From: Mobula hypostoma
Lineage: Eukaryota
Assembly (NCBI RefSeq): GCF_963921235.1
Contig: NC_086097.1
Span: 78,370,001-78,434,000, forward strand
DNA length: 64,000 nucleotides
Reading direction: 5' to 3'
Shown: piece by piece, positions 42,271-54,900 of the stretch
Layout: each line of letters starts with the position of its first letter
How positions within the stretch are numbered: the stretch's first letter is position 1
Notes under the pieces: model-generated
Databases searched by the model: none
What the model was told of the DNA's origin: nothing
Seen by the model: the letters and a program-made list of their open reading frames with translations, nothing else
Translations under genes and position numbers: made by a program

Positions 42271-42836
42271 GGGGTGTATGGGGTGTCAGGGAGTGGTAGC
42301 ACCTCTGGTGGGGGAACATGTCACGTCCTTTTCAAGGCAGTTAGTCCACCTTTGGTCCCCACCTGGCACTCAGCTCTCACCTGTGGCTCCTCGTAGCTGT
42401 TTGCATGTGACAGTGGCCACACCCCGGGCAACGACTTCGACAAGCCGGCTAAATGGCTAAACCAGGTGAGGGAAGCCGATGGGTCTCAAACCCTCGGTGA
42501 GATAGGGAGATGTCTATCCCAGCATGTGAAGACAGACTCCGGCGGATTGAGTGGACAAAACCAATGGAAGGTCCAACGGTCAAGAAGACAGACTCTGCAA
42601 GCGTCATGGAACGGGTAGAGCACAACAAGACACAGAAGACGTCCTGGTTATCCACTGTGCCTAGTCCCATCTCCAGCTATCTCGACTCTGTCTTGCCATT
42701 GGATCCAGATGGGAATTGGGAAGAGAGAGTGAAGCTGACGCTGCGCAACTCTCCCTCACTTAAATCCAAATCATGCGCTAGTCTGGGCACCATCAATGGT
42801 GTCAAGGTCTTCATCGATGACAACGATGGACGAATA
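42271..42836 (+). mobile_element. Secondary 566-bp non-LTR insertion (probably a non-autonomous RTE-type element)
   Basis: Flanked by an 11-bp TSD, AAGATGTGTCA (42260-42270) and AAGATGCGTCA (42837-42847), with a short-repeat-like 3' end. The family assignment is inference. Confidence 0.7.
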
Positions 42837-42874
42837 AAGATGCGTCAACAAAGGAGGGCAGCTCGGTGGGGAGG

Positions 42875-43808
42875 ATGTCCGCAGCTCTCCTCACCCATTG
42901 TCGACTATTACAACGACAAGGAGGAGCTAAACAGCATTGACGATGAGGACGAATGCAGTATCCGTGGCCACGACTCGGATAAAGATACAGAGGAAGCAAG
43001 AGAGACAGATATTGCCAATAAGCAGGATGATGAAGACTACCTGGAAGTAAAAGGGCAGATGTACCAGGAGAAGTTGACGTCTCTCAAAGGACAGCTACAG
43101 CAGTTACAGGAAGACACTTTGCAGGAGTATCAGAAAAGGATGAAGAAACTAGATCGAAAATACATGGAAACAATACGAAATGCAGAGCTTTTTCTGCAAC
43201 TGGAGACAGAACAAGTGGAAAGGAATTATATTAAAGAGAAGAAAGCTGCAGTGAAGAGATTTGAAGATAAAAAGATTGAGTTAGAAGAAAAGAAAAAGAT
43301 GATTGAGAATGAGAGGCTAACAATGGAACTCACAGGAGAGTCTATGGAGATAGAGCCAATAATGTCTAGGAAACTAAGGAGGAGACCTAATGACCCTGTT
43401 CCAATTACAGACAAAAGATGAAAACCTGCACCTGCGCAGTTAAATTACTTGTTAACAGATGAACAGATAATGGAAGATCTGCAAACTCTCAATCGGCTTA
43501 AATCTCCAAAAAGACCAGCACCTCCGTCTTCTACTGAGCATCTTCTCAGCACTCCTGCTGAATCACCAGCACAAAGATATGAAGGACAAATAGAAGATGG
43601 AAAGTTATATTACAATAAGAGATGGTATCATAAAGGTCAGGCTATCTATTTGGAATCTAAGGAGAATACGAAGATTGGCTATGTAATTAGCTCAGTTGGA
43701 ACAAATGAGATATGGGTAAGGAAGACAAGTGATAGCACAAAGATGCGTATATATCTAGGACAGCTGCAAAGAGGAGTCTTCATTATACAGAGACGATCTG
43801 CTGCCTAG
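42875..43808 (+). pseudogene. SUDS3: Intronless copy of Sin3 histone deacetylase corepressor complex component SDS3
   Basis: [137 protein letters not shown]. Lesions: frameshift at ~42893, apparent 8-codon deletion at ~43283, and a TGA at 43419. Confidence 0.95.
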
Positions 43809-44153
43809 AACTCTTAGCAAGTTGGAGGTGCACATCTTAACTCCCTATTCTCAGAAGTCAACTTTTCATGACTTTTATATGGAAATTTGTATTAAAACAA
43901 ACAAGTTTATTGACAGTCGTTATCCAGAGAAGCAGAGAAGAACCACCCCTCCCACTAGAGACTTGAGTTATAAATGGGTCTTAGACCCAAAGTAAAAAAA
44001 AAGGCTTGTTATAATTTGATATTATTAAGTTACTTTGTTATGATTTGATATTATTAAGTTACTAAGTAAACAAATGGTAGGCGTTTGTATGTTGGGGTAG
44101 ACAAATTTGTTTAGCATAGTGACCCAGTAAAAAAAAACAGTTGATACACTATT

Positions 44154-44171
44154 AAAATAAAAGGGGAGGAG
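44154..44171 (+). promoter_or_regulatory. Polypurine tract
   Basis: AAAATAAAAGGGGAGGAG directly abuts the TG of the 3' LTR. Confidence 0.88.
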
Positions 44172-44372
44172 TGTACTGTATGGCCTACATTATAATAGGG
44201 GTCTACTTTACGTTGTAGTAACACGTCATTGCATGCGCTATTAGGTGCGTAGGGATCTGTATGTGTGTGAGTAAAAGTTCAGACTCTACCAGTAAAGAAC
44301 CATGAAACTTAGCTCCTGTTTCCCGCGTTTTTATTAATAACATAGTTGTGTAAACAGGCCACATACACAAGA
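44172..44372 (+). repeat. 3' LTR
   Basis: Collinear copy of 40520-40720. The terminal CA has changed to GA, and the TSD GAAGT follows. Confidence 0.95.
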
Positions 44373-44639
44373 GAAGTGAAACAATAAAAACTATATTATC
44401 ACTAGGCGTGTCACTGAAAAACATACTGTTAGGTTGGAGATGTGAGCAGCAGCAAAACTTGGATCTATAGAAGGACAAGATATAGGGCAGTGAACCCCTT
44501 CCTATTATCCAAGGAAAAAAACAAAGTTGAGTCAGAGAAGAAAATTGAGAAGAATGGTGAAAAGGTGATTGTTCAGCTCGATTTACTCACTTTGTAAGGT
44601 TCACTTTGATTCCACTAATGTATTCACTCATAATCTCAT

Positions 44640-47392
44640 GAACCCCTACAGTCCCTAATGATACTGTGATTTCATTCTCTGAGGCTGATGAGAGACTTTC
44701 CTGCAGGAATATGAATCCATGGAAAGCATCTCGCCCAGATAGCTCAACTGGCCCAGTTCTAAAGACCTGTGCTAATTTACTGGTTGCAGAGTTTATGGAC
44801 ATCTTCAGCTTCTTGTTTTGGAGTCTGAGGTACCCAAGAGGAACGTGGTAACCTGCCTCAGTGACTATTTAGTCCAGTAGCACTCACATCCACTGTGATG
44901 AAGTTCTTTGAGAGGTTGGTCGTGAAGCATAACAATTCTTGTCTGAGGAGTGACTGGGATCTATTCCAGTTTGCCTACTGTCACAACAGGTCAACTGCAG
45001 ATGCCATTTCATTGGCCCTTGACTCAGCTCTGGAGCATCTGGACAATGAAGGTGCCTATATCAGGATGCTCTTCATTGGCTACAGCTCAGCATTCGATAC
45101 TATCATCCCCTTGAATCTAATCACTAAGCTCCAAGACCTAGGCCTTAATACCTTCCTATGCAACTGGATCCTTTATTTTCTCACTTGCATACCCCAGTTA
45201 GTATGGATTGGCAACAACATCTAATCTACGATCGCCTTCAGCAAACTGTGAGATTAACCCCCTACTCTACTCATTTTATACCTATGATTGTGTGGCTAAG
45301 TGCAGCTCCAACATCATATTTAAGTTTCGAATATCAAAGCATATTTATTATCAAAGTACATATATGTCATCATATACAATCCTGAGAATCATTTGCTTAC
45401 AGACATACTCAATAAATCCAATAACCATAATAGAATCAATGAAAGTCCACACCAACAGAGCAGACAACCAGTGTGCAGAAGACAACAAACTGTTCAAATA
45501 CAAAAAGAAAGAAGAAAAAAAGAACTACATGCTGGACCCAGGACAGATCCTCTGAAATGAAAAAAAACTGAGGAATTTAAAGTTGCTGACGTTCTCCGCC
45601 TCTGATTCCCCGATGGGGACTGGTTCACGGACCTCCAGTTTCCTACTTCTGAAGTCAATAATCAACTGCTTGGTCTTGCTGACATTGAGTAAGAGACTGT
45701 TGTTGTTTCAATCGCCCTCTTCTATGCTGATTCATCACCTCCTCTAATTCGGCCTACAACAGTGGTGTCGTCAGCAAACAGATATGACATTGGAGCTGTG
45801 CTTAGCCACACAATCATAAGTTTAGACTGAGTAGAGCAGGGGGCTAAGCACACAGCCTTGTGGTGTACCTGCAGTGATGGACATTGTGGAGGAGGTGTTG
45901 TCAATCGAAACTGACTAGGGTCTGCAAGTGAGGAAATCAAGGATCCAATTGCACAAGCAAGTATTGAGGCACAGGTCTTGGAGCTTATTGATTAGTTTTG
46001 AGGGGATGATAGTACTAAATGCCGAGCTGTAGTCAATAAAGAGCACTCTGATGTATGTATAAAGAGCCCATGAAAATGGCATTTGCGTGAATCTATTGTG
46101 CTGGTAGGCAAATTGGAGTGGATCCAAGTCACTTCTCAAGCAGGAGTGATACATTTCTTCACCAACACTTCATCACTATGGAGGTAAGTGCTACTGGATA
46201 TGTGGCAGGTTATCACATTCTTCTTAGGTACTGGTATAACTGAAGTCTGCTTGAAACAGGTGGGTACTTCAGACTGCCAAAGCGGAAGATTAAAGATCTC
46301 AATGAACACTCCAGCCAGTTTCAGCACAGGTCTTTAGCACTCGGTCAGGTTCCCCACCTGGGCTGGATGCTTTCCAAGGGTTCACCCTCCAGAAGGGATC
46401 TTCCCACATCGGACTCATAGGTTGAAATTACAGGGTCCTAGGGGCTGGGAGAGTTGGTGATAACATCTCTGTTGCTAGTCGAATCAAAGGTTGTAATGAA
46501 TCGGCACATACATAGGATTGAGATTGAAAATGTGGTCCAATGGTGCCACGACAACCTCTCACTCAACATCAGCAAAACCAAAGAAACCCTCGGTCAATGA
46601 ACCGGTTTTCATTAAAGGATTGTAGATGGAGAGAGTGGGTAATTATAAATTCCTTACTGTTATCATATTAGAGGATCTGTCCTAGGACCAACACATAAAT
46701 GCCATCATAAAGAAGGTCAACTGTGCCTCTGCTTAGAGGTTTGTGTTGGTTCAGCACGCCATCAAAAACTTCAACAAATTTCTACAGATGCAGAGTGGAG
46801 AGTATCTTAACTGGTTGCATCATGGCCTGCTATGGAAACACCAAATCCCAGGAATGGAAAAGTCTACACAAAGTGGTGGATATTGCCCAGTCCATCACAG
46901 GCAAAGCCCTCCCCACCATTCTGCACCGTTACATGGAACATTGCCATATGAAAGGAGCATCCATCATGAAAGACACTCATCATCCAGGTCATGCTCTCTT
47001 CCCACAAATACCATTGGGCAGGAGGTACAGGAGCCTTAAGTTCACACCAGTAATTATCCTACAACCACCAAGGAACAGTAATTATCCTACAACCACCAAG
47101 TAACTCAACTGACATGTAACTTTACACACCTCAACTCTAAACTGATTCCACATCTTACAGACTCACTTTCAAGGACTCGACAATTCATATCCTTAATATT
47201 ATTTATATTTTTACTTGCATAATTTATCTTCTGCATATTGGTTGTTTGTAAGGCTTTGTTTAATATACCATTTGTAGTTTTTTCATAACTTCTTTTTATT
47301 TTCTTGTAAATAGCTGCAAGAAAATGAATCTTAAGGTAGTATATGATGATATATCTGTACTTTGATAATAAATTTACTTAGACTTTGACTAA
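44640..47392 (+). mobile_element. Rex1 LINE (plus strand) split by an antisense Rex1 (~45330-46480)
   Basis: Plus-strand RT fragments at 44666-45330 and 46480-47103; minus-strand RT fragments at 45722-46327; tail ctttgact. Confidence 0.85.
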
Positions 47393-47631
47393 TCTAATAC
47401 AAACTCTACTTTTTTACCCTGCATACACCTCCTCCATGTTATTGACACCAAACAGTTCTGCAAACACAAACAACCAAGTCTCTCTCCCAACACCCAACTA
47501 ATATCTATAGCAATTTATATTTTCCCATTCATCATCACACAAATGTAAGGTCACTTGCTTTCTGCAAGCTAAATGGGCAAGACATGTAAATAGTGCAAAA
47601 CAATAATATTTATGTGGGTTTTATATATACA

Positions 47632-48275
47632 TGAAACCACTCTGGTTTCCTCAGCTGTGTAAGTCTAGAGAAGACGACCTCTGGCCACGCCAAACTCCTG
47701 AGATTGAGGCACACTTCAGTCCATCCCAAACCTCAGTTTGTGTGGATGCTGTGTCATTTGCTACCCTGCTACAAATTAATGCCACAAAATAACCGACAGT
47801 ACACTGCATACGATGAAAGGAATTATATTTATGAATCTTAACTGAAGGGTTAGTAAAGAATAACAAAAAGAAAAGGGCCCATTCCAATTGAACAGTCAAA
47901 TGTGCACGAATTGGAGCTCATCTTGAACTTCTCTGTCACTCACGCACTGGGCCCTCAGCCAACGTGAAAGACCACATCACCTTTTGAATGTTGCTCGCAA
48001 TCTATCTTGAACAAATGGGTCTCCCACCAGATCGTATGCTATGACCGGTTCTCCCCAACGTCTTATCTCTTCATCTCTCTTGAACAAAGGCCCCAAGCCC
48101 AACCTTATTGTCCTTCCCCAAGAAAACCTCCCACTAATTGGATGGCACACATTCCAAATCATCCCTTATCTTCAACCATAACCCAAACAGGCTGAAAGCA
48201 GAACAGCAGCTCTTACAGAGCTGCTAAATGAAATGCCTACAGCATGACAATAAAGATGTGAACCAGGGCATTACA
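47632..48275. mobile_element. Probable solo LTR
   Basis: TG...CA termini (TGAAACC...GCATTACA) and a 4-bp TSD TACA at 47628-47631 and 48276-48279. Confidence 0.65.
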
Positions 48276-51200
48276 TACAACTGAAACTGAACATTTGAAG
48301 AATGTGTAGCTCGGCCATGTATATCAAATGAAATACCAAAGTCTCCATTGCTCCTCTTCCTAGAATTTCTATGTTAGGTAACTCATGTGGCTTCAGCAAA
48401 GTTAGAGGTAGTTACAGCCAAGTAGTAGCTAAAATGTTTCAAATATCCTTTGTGTTTCACAGCCAGATGACAGCCCTGCCAAGTTTGGATAAATTGGAAG
48501 AACAGGTATGACCTGCAAGTACCTTAAGTGAAGTATCCACTCCCTTATCTACTTTCACCCCATCATTCTATTCATTCTGTAAGCACAGATCTTGTCTGCC
48601 ATTGATCCAGAGAGTACTTAGCAGTATATCAGTTGAATGCTCATCTCCGCCCAACAGCAAGATTCACAGCTCCTAGCATTCTAAGTACGCAAATCATTGC
48701 ATTTCTGCAAGAGAAAACACAATGAAATGATGGTGAGTAGGCTTGAGGTGGATTTGTGAGGGGTTAGGGGTCCCGAGCATACCAGAATACAGATGGTTGA
48801 ATTATGCATACTAATTTTTGGAGCAGGAGTAGGCTACTCGAACATTCAGTGAGATTATTGATAATCTAATTGCAGCCTCAGCTCCACAATCTCGGTAACT
48901 GATGAGCAAAGAGCATGGAGTGCAGGGAAAGCTCATAAAAAGAGAAGGGAAAGAAGGGCTCAACAGGAGAACACATCAGCCCGAGGATTTTAAGGACAAA
49001 CTCTATTGACTGAACCTCAGTGGGGAACAGAATGCACATTGTCTGTTGTCAGTATCAACATCTTCATTGAAAAATGCCAGCAACTGCAGCCTCAATGTAG
49101 CTCCTCTTTAAGAGACTCAATTTGGTATTGTGCAGTGCTGCCTAACTTCAAGAGGTGCTAGCCTCTCACAATTTGAGGCATGCAGCCATCCGGCAATCAC
49201 TGAAAGTGGTAAGTACAACAAAATTCAAATGCTACCTGCATCAGAAGCAACAGATGTAATTTAATCCTGTATTGTGATGCCGGCAAACATTTTTGGGAGC
49301 TATCAAATTTAGCATTTATTTTATCTGAACCTCGGTACGGTACTTTCAACCCAAATGAATATTTCTATTAACCGTAACGGAAAAGTTTAAGAAGAATGGA
49401 ATGTGCCTGCATATCTGATAAAAAAGCATTGCTGGCATATTTATATGAAGTGCCAGCAGGAAACAGTGATGATAAGAAGGGTGTTGGTGAAGAAATGCAA
49501 GCTTTAATCTGCTTTATATCTAACTCCACTTTAGATCTCAATTATTCCATGAAACACAAAAATATTAGAGACTTGGGAAACCTGCCATCAGAGATTGCCC
49601 TAACTCTTTAATTTGATGCAACATTTCTGTTCAAGAAAATTAAAATTGTGTGTTTTCATCTTACTTTTCATTTGGTATGTGTGACAATAACAATCCAATT
49701 CAAATCATAAATGAAAAATTCTGTTAAATAGATTATTGCAATTTTCATATTTTTCCATATGTTCAGAGGAACTAATATTTTGCAAATGTAATGCAACACT
49801 AAATACCTGGTTAAGGAAATGGTTTTCCTTTTTCAATAAATATTTGAAACACAATTTGCAGTGAATCCAAGCTGTCTACACAGAAAAATAATGGCCACAG
49901 ATAGGTTCTAACGCTTGCTTTGTCATAACTAATTCCAAGAATCAATTCATTGCTATTGTCTCAGGAATGGTTTACTGCTCTTCTAAAAAAATAATCTTTC
50001 AATGAGTCTTGCTAATTCATACAACCAAGGGAAAACTGGTACATTTAGTATCACTAAATATGGAAAAACAACAAGCTTCAAAGGAAAGCTTCAACAACTG
50101 AGAAAAAAGTTTTATAATTATATTCACACCTAGCTTTGCAAAGCTGAATGTAATAGACGGGAGAATGCATGCTTAATCAGGTCCCTTTGTTAAAATGTGT
50201 TAATAGATGCAGTTTAAACAATGACGCAGCAAAATTCAGGAATTCAGTGCTTTCACTACCAGCCATTATATCCCATCACAATCAACGAATTAAAGTCACA
50301 AATGTCCAAAGAGAATGAAACAACAAATCTGTCACCTTTTGTCCAAAAGATTCCTTCACTTGGCACCTAGCAACCATGCTATTAAAATTTGAATATATTT
50401 TTAGCTGCACATCAGTGACGTATACTTAATGAAGTAGTACTGAATGGTTTCCAGGTTCTCAGAGGTGAAAGGAATGCAATAAAGAGTCACCCTTGCTTTG
50501 ATCATAGTGAGCAATATGTAACTGCAGGCCACCGAGGGAACAAGATAAAACATCATCTCAGGGAGATTTGAAAATTCATGTTCAAAGACGAAATGTGAAA
50601 ACAGCAGATAAATTTGCACAGGATTAATAGTTTATTATATTCATTTTTTGTGATTTTTTTAAACTGGTGAAGATTTTCAAAAATGCCTGTTACCTATTAA
50701 TTACACACCTCTAAACTTGTAATTCATGCAACGTTAATGCAAATATTACCTTCCACTTGATTTCAAAGTGAATGTAAATATTATGTTTCATCAGTTTTTA
50801 CAAATACTGCAACTAATATTCGGATTGGCAGTGTATCGCCACTTAATTTCTGCAGATATTGTAGCTTAATAGACAATTTATATGTGATATCATTTTTGCG
50901 ATGATATTTAGATGTTTAAACAAGGAAAATATGTTTCCATAATACTATCCTATGCACAATATGAAATTTATAAAAGTGGGATAAAGCTCAAAGTGTCAGT
51001 GGTACAAAGTTCTGTAGAACTCCTTGAAACAGGTAACAAAGCCAATAGCTACTGATTTAAAAAGTACTATTAATTCACAGGGATTACATCTTGCTGAAGT
51101 GTTATGTGATTAAGGCCTATCGAATGAACAAAACAGGCAAAGTCCATGTCAGCTTGTACATTAGCTTCCATTTATCTCTACTCAATGCCTGCAACATGAT

Positions 51201-51407
51201 GATTCCAAACAGATCCACCACATATACAATTCCAATGCAAACTGGGTCCAAGCAAGCCCATGTCACTGCTCCTGCTCTTCTCTCTTTGCAAAATTGCACC
51301 ATCTACAACGCTATTTCGCCTCCTATTCTGCCTCTAACCTTGATCAGAATTGTTCTTTTGCTTGAGATAACTCTTGAAATTCTTTTGCACTTAAGATTTC
51401 CACAGAT

Positions 51408-51920
51408 GTACCGTGAGGAGCATTTTATCTGGCTGCATTACCGTCTGGTATGGAGGGGCCACCGCACGGGATCAAAATAACCTGCAGAAAGTTGTAAATA
51501 CGGTCAGCTCCATCACAGGCACGAGATTCCCCAGCATCCAGCATACCTTAAGGGGTAATACTTCAAAAAGGCAGCATCCATCATTAAGGACCCCCACCAC
51601 CCAAGACATGCCCTCTTCTCATTGCTACCATCTGGGAGGAGGTATAGGAGCCTGAAGGCCCACACTCAGCGATCCAGGAACAGCTTCTTCCCTCCCGCCA
51701 TCTGATTTCAGAATGGACAATGAACCCATGAACACTACCTCACCACCTTCTTTTTCTCTTTTTGCACTACTTATTTAATTTAACTTTTTATATATATCTA
51801 TACGCCTACTTACTGTAATTCACAGTTTTTATTATGTATTGCATTGTACTGCTGCCACATAACAACAAACTTCAAGACATATGACAGTGACATTACACCA
51901 AATTCTGATTCGGATTCTGA
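51408..51920 (+). mobile_element. Rex1 3' fragment
   Basis: SILSGCITVWYGG motif, 3'UTR and a (ttctga)n tail. Confidence 0.85.
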
Positions 51921-51929
51921 GCTATCCAC

Positions 51930-54900
51930 TGCAATGGAACCAATCTATACACCAAATGAAAAACAGACAACCTCCATTTCCTCCACTCCAGTAGCAAGGT
52001 CACTTCAACTTCAGTTTTCAAGCTGCAGTGTGTATTTCATGCTAGTATAGGCATACACATGGAGCCTTGCTTAACATCACTACTGACTCACTCACTGAAG
52101 TTCCCAAGAGAATAGGCCTTACAGTAAACTTTCTTAAAACTAAAGTCTTTGACATATCTTGCTTCACAGCACTGTTGTGTCAATCAAGGCCCAAGACCCT
52201 GTTGGATATGGATCATCTGCCTTCAATAACTGCGTGCAGTTCTGATCTCCTTACTTGAGGAAGGACATACTCGCTTTGGAGATGATGCAGAGGAAGTTCA
52301 CCAGGTTGATTCCAGAGATGAGGGGGTTAGACTATAAGGAGAGATTGAGCCACCTGGGACTGTGCTCGCTGGAATTCAGAAGAATGAGAGGGGATCGTAT
52401 AGAAACATATAAAATTAATGAAAGCGATAGATAAGATAGAGGCAGGAAAGTTGTTTACACCAGTAGGTGAGACTAGAACTAGGGGACATAGCCTCAAGAT
52501 TCAGGGCAATAGATTTAAGATGGAGATGAGGAGGAACTGCTTTTCCCAGAGAGTGGTGAATCTCTGGAATTCTCTGCCCAATGAAGCAGATGAGGCTATC
52601 TCAGTAACTATACTGAAGTGGTGGCGAGGAAGACCAACCCTCCTCCAAACGACCAGGTGCTGTGTCTTACCGTGCCTGAGGTGAGAACCCTGTGCAGGGT
52701 CAACCCACGGAAGACTGCTGGACCAGACAATATTCCTGGCAGAGTGTAGGATGTGCAGACCAGCTAGCTGAGATTCTCACCGACACCTTCAACATCTCCC
52801 TGAGCAGTGCCATCGTTCCTAAGTGCTTCAAGGCCGCTACCATCATCCCCGTGCCGAAGAAGTCTTCAGAGTCCTGCCTCAGTGACTACCATCCAGTCAC
52901 ACTGAGATCCATCATCATGAACTGATTCAAGAGGCTCGTCATGAGGCACATCAAGACCCTGCTGCCCCCCCTCACTGGACCCCCTGCAGTTCGCATACCG
53001 TCCCAACTGTCCAACAGACGATGCCATTGCCATCACCCTCCAGCTGGCCCTAACCCACCTGGACAAAAAAGACACGTATGTTTGAAAGCTGTTCATAGAC
53101 TTCAGTTCAGCATTCAACACAACCATTCCTCAGACACTGATTCAAAAGCTGAGCCTACTGGTCCTGAACACCTCCCTCTGCAACTGGATCCTAGACTTCC
53201 TGGCTGGGAGAACTCATTTAGTCCGGATTGGAAGCAGCATCTCCAACACCATCACACTGAGCACAGGGGCCCTCCAGGACTGTGTGCTCAGTCCACTGCT
53301 GTTCACTCTGCTGACCCACGACTGTGCTGCAACACACAGCTCAAACCACATCGTGAAGTTCACTGATGACACAACCGTGGTGGGTCTCATCAGCAAGAAC
53401 GATGAGTCAGCATACAGTGAGGAGGTGCAGTGGCTATCGGACTGGTGCAGAGCCAACAACCTGTCTCTGAATGTGAACAAAACAAAAGAGATGGTTGTTA
53501 ACTTCAGGAAGACACGGAATGACCACTCTCCACTGAACATCGACGACTCCTCCGTAGAGATCGTTAAGACCACCAAATTTCTTGGTGTTCACCTGGTGGA
53601 GAATCTCACCTGGTCCCTCAACACCAGCTCCATAGCAAAGAAAGCCCAGCTGCGTCTCTACTTTCTGTGAAGGCTGAGAGAAATCCATCTCCCACCCCGC
53701 ATCCTCACCACATTCTACAGAGGTTGTATTGAGAGCATCCTGAGCAGCTGCATCACTGCCTGGTTCGGAAATTGCACCATCTCGGATCGCAAGACCCTGC
53801 AGCGGATAGTGAGGTCAGCTGAGAAGATCATCGGGGTGTCTCTTCCCGCCATTAGAAACATTTACACCACACGCTGCATCCGTAAAACAAACAGCATTAT
53901 GAAGCATCCCACGCACCCCTCATACAAACTCTTCTCCCTCCTGCGATCTGGCAAAAGGCACTGAAGTATTCAGGCTCTCACAACCAGACAATGTAACAGT
54001 TTCTTCCCCCAAACCATCAGACTCCTCAATACCCAGAGCCTGGACTGACACCAACCTACTGCCCTCTACTGTGCCTATTGTCTTGTTTATTATTTATTGT
54101 AATGCCTGTATTGTTTTGTGCACTTATGCAGTCATGGGTAGGTCTGTAGTCTAGTGTAGTTTTGTGTTGTTTTACGTGGTTCAGTGTAGTTTTTGTATTG
54201 TTCATGTAGCACCATGGTACTGAAAAACGTCTCATTTTTACTGTGTACTGTACCAGCAGTTATGGTCAAAATGACAATAAAACGTGACTTGACTTGACTA
54301 GACTATATTTAAGACAAGGTTAGATAGATTTTTGCATAGTAGGGGAATTAAATGTTATGAATAAAAGGCAGGTAGTTGAAGAACAGTCCACGGTCAGCTC
54401 AGTAGTGATCTTATTGAATAGCAGAGCAGGTTCGACAGGCCAGATGGCCTACTCCTGCTTCTATTTCTTATGATTTTTTTAATGTTCTTATTAAGAGGAC
54501 TCAGGAGCCACCTCTCAATGAAGACATGCATTATGGCAAAGATTATCAATGTCTCCAGCATGTTAGATTACCCTTTGGTCACCTGAAGCAAAGAATATGA
54601 AATCAGGACTTCAAACATATTAAAATTCATAATCCATAAGTTACCAGTGATCCCTGCACTCCAATGTTCCCTCTAAGGTGTATGCATGTGTGCGCGCACA
54701 CGTATTTTGCTACTAGTGCACGAAGAAATTTAAACTGTGCACAAAAGGTTGTCACCATCTACTTTGTTGGCAAGTTTGCGATCATTTGTCTGCAGATTTT
54801 AGAACTGGCTTATTAATACTGTTTTTATTTAAGAAATTATTCTGTACGCACGTGTTGTTGTAACCGGGCAAAAAGCTGCACGGCACAAGATTTTTGTGCC

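Larger units (their letters stand above)
40520..44372 (+). mobile_element. Non-autonomous Gypsy (Mag-like) LTR retrotransposon carrying captured host mRNA sequences
   Basis: Two 201-bp LTRs, TSD GAAGT at 40515-40519 and 44373-44377, PBS, PPT, gag with two zinc knuckles, and protease LDTG. RT, RNase H and integrase are absent. Confidence 0.95.

Noticed and set aside
42510..43808. Functional host SUDS3 gene
   Set aside because: It is intronless, lies inside an LTR element, and has a frameshift, an internal deletion and a premature stop.
44006..44063. 29-bp tandem duplication in the LTR element's 3' region
   Set aside because: Simple two-copy slippage. There are no spacers, so it is not CRISPR-like.
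47048..47103. 28-bp tandem duplication
   Set aside because: Local slippage within a Rex1 3' end.
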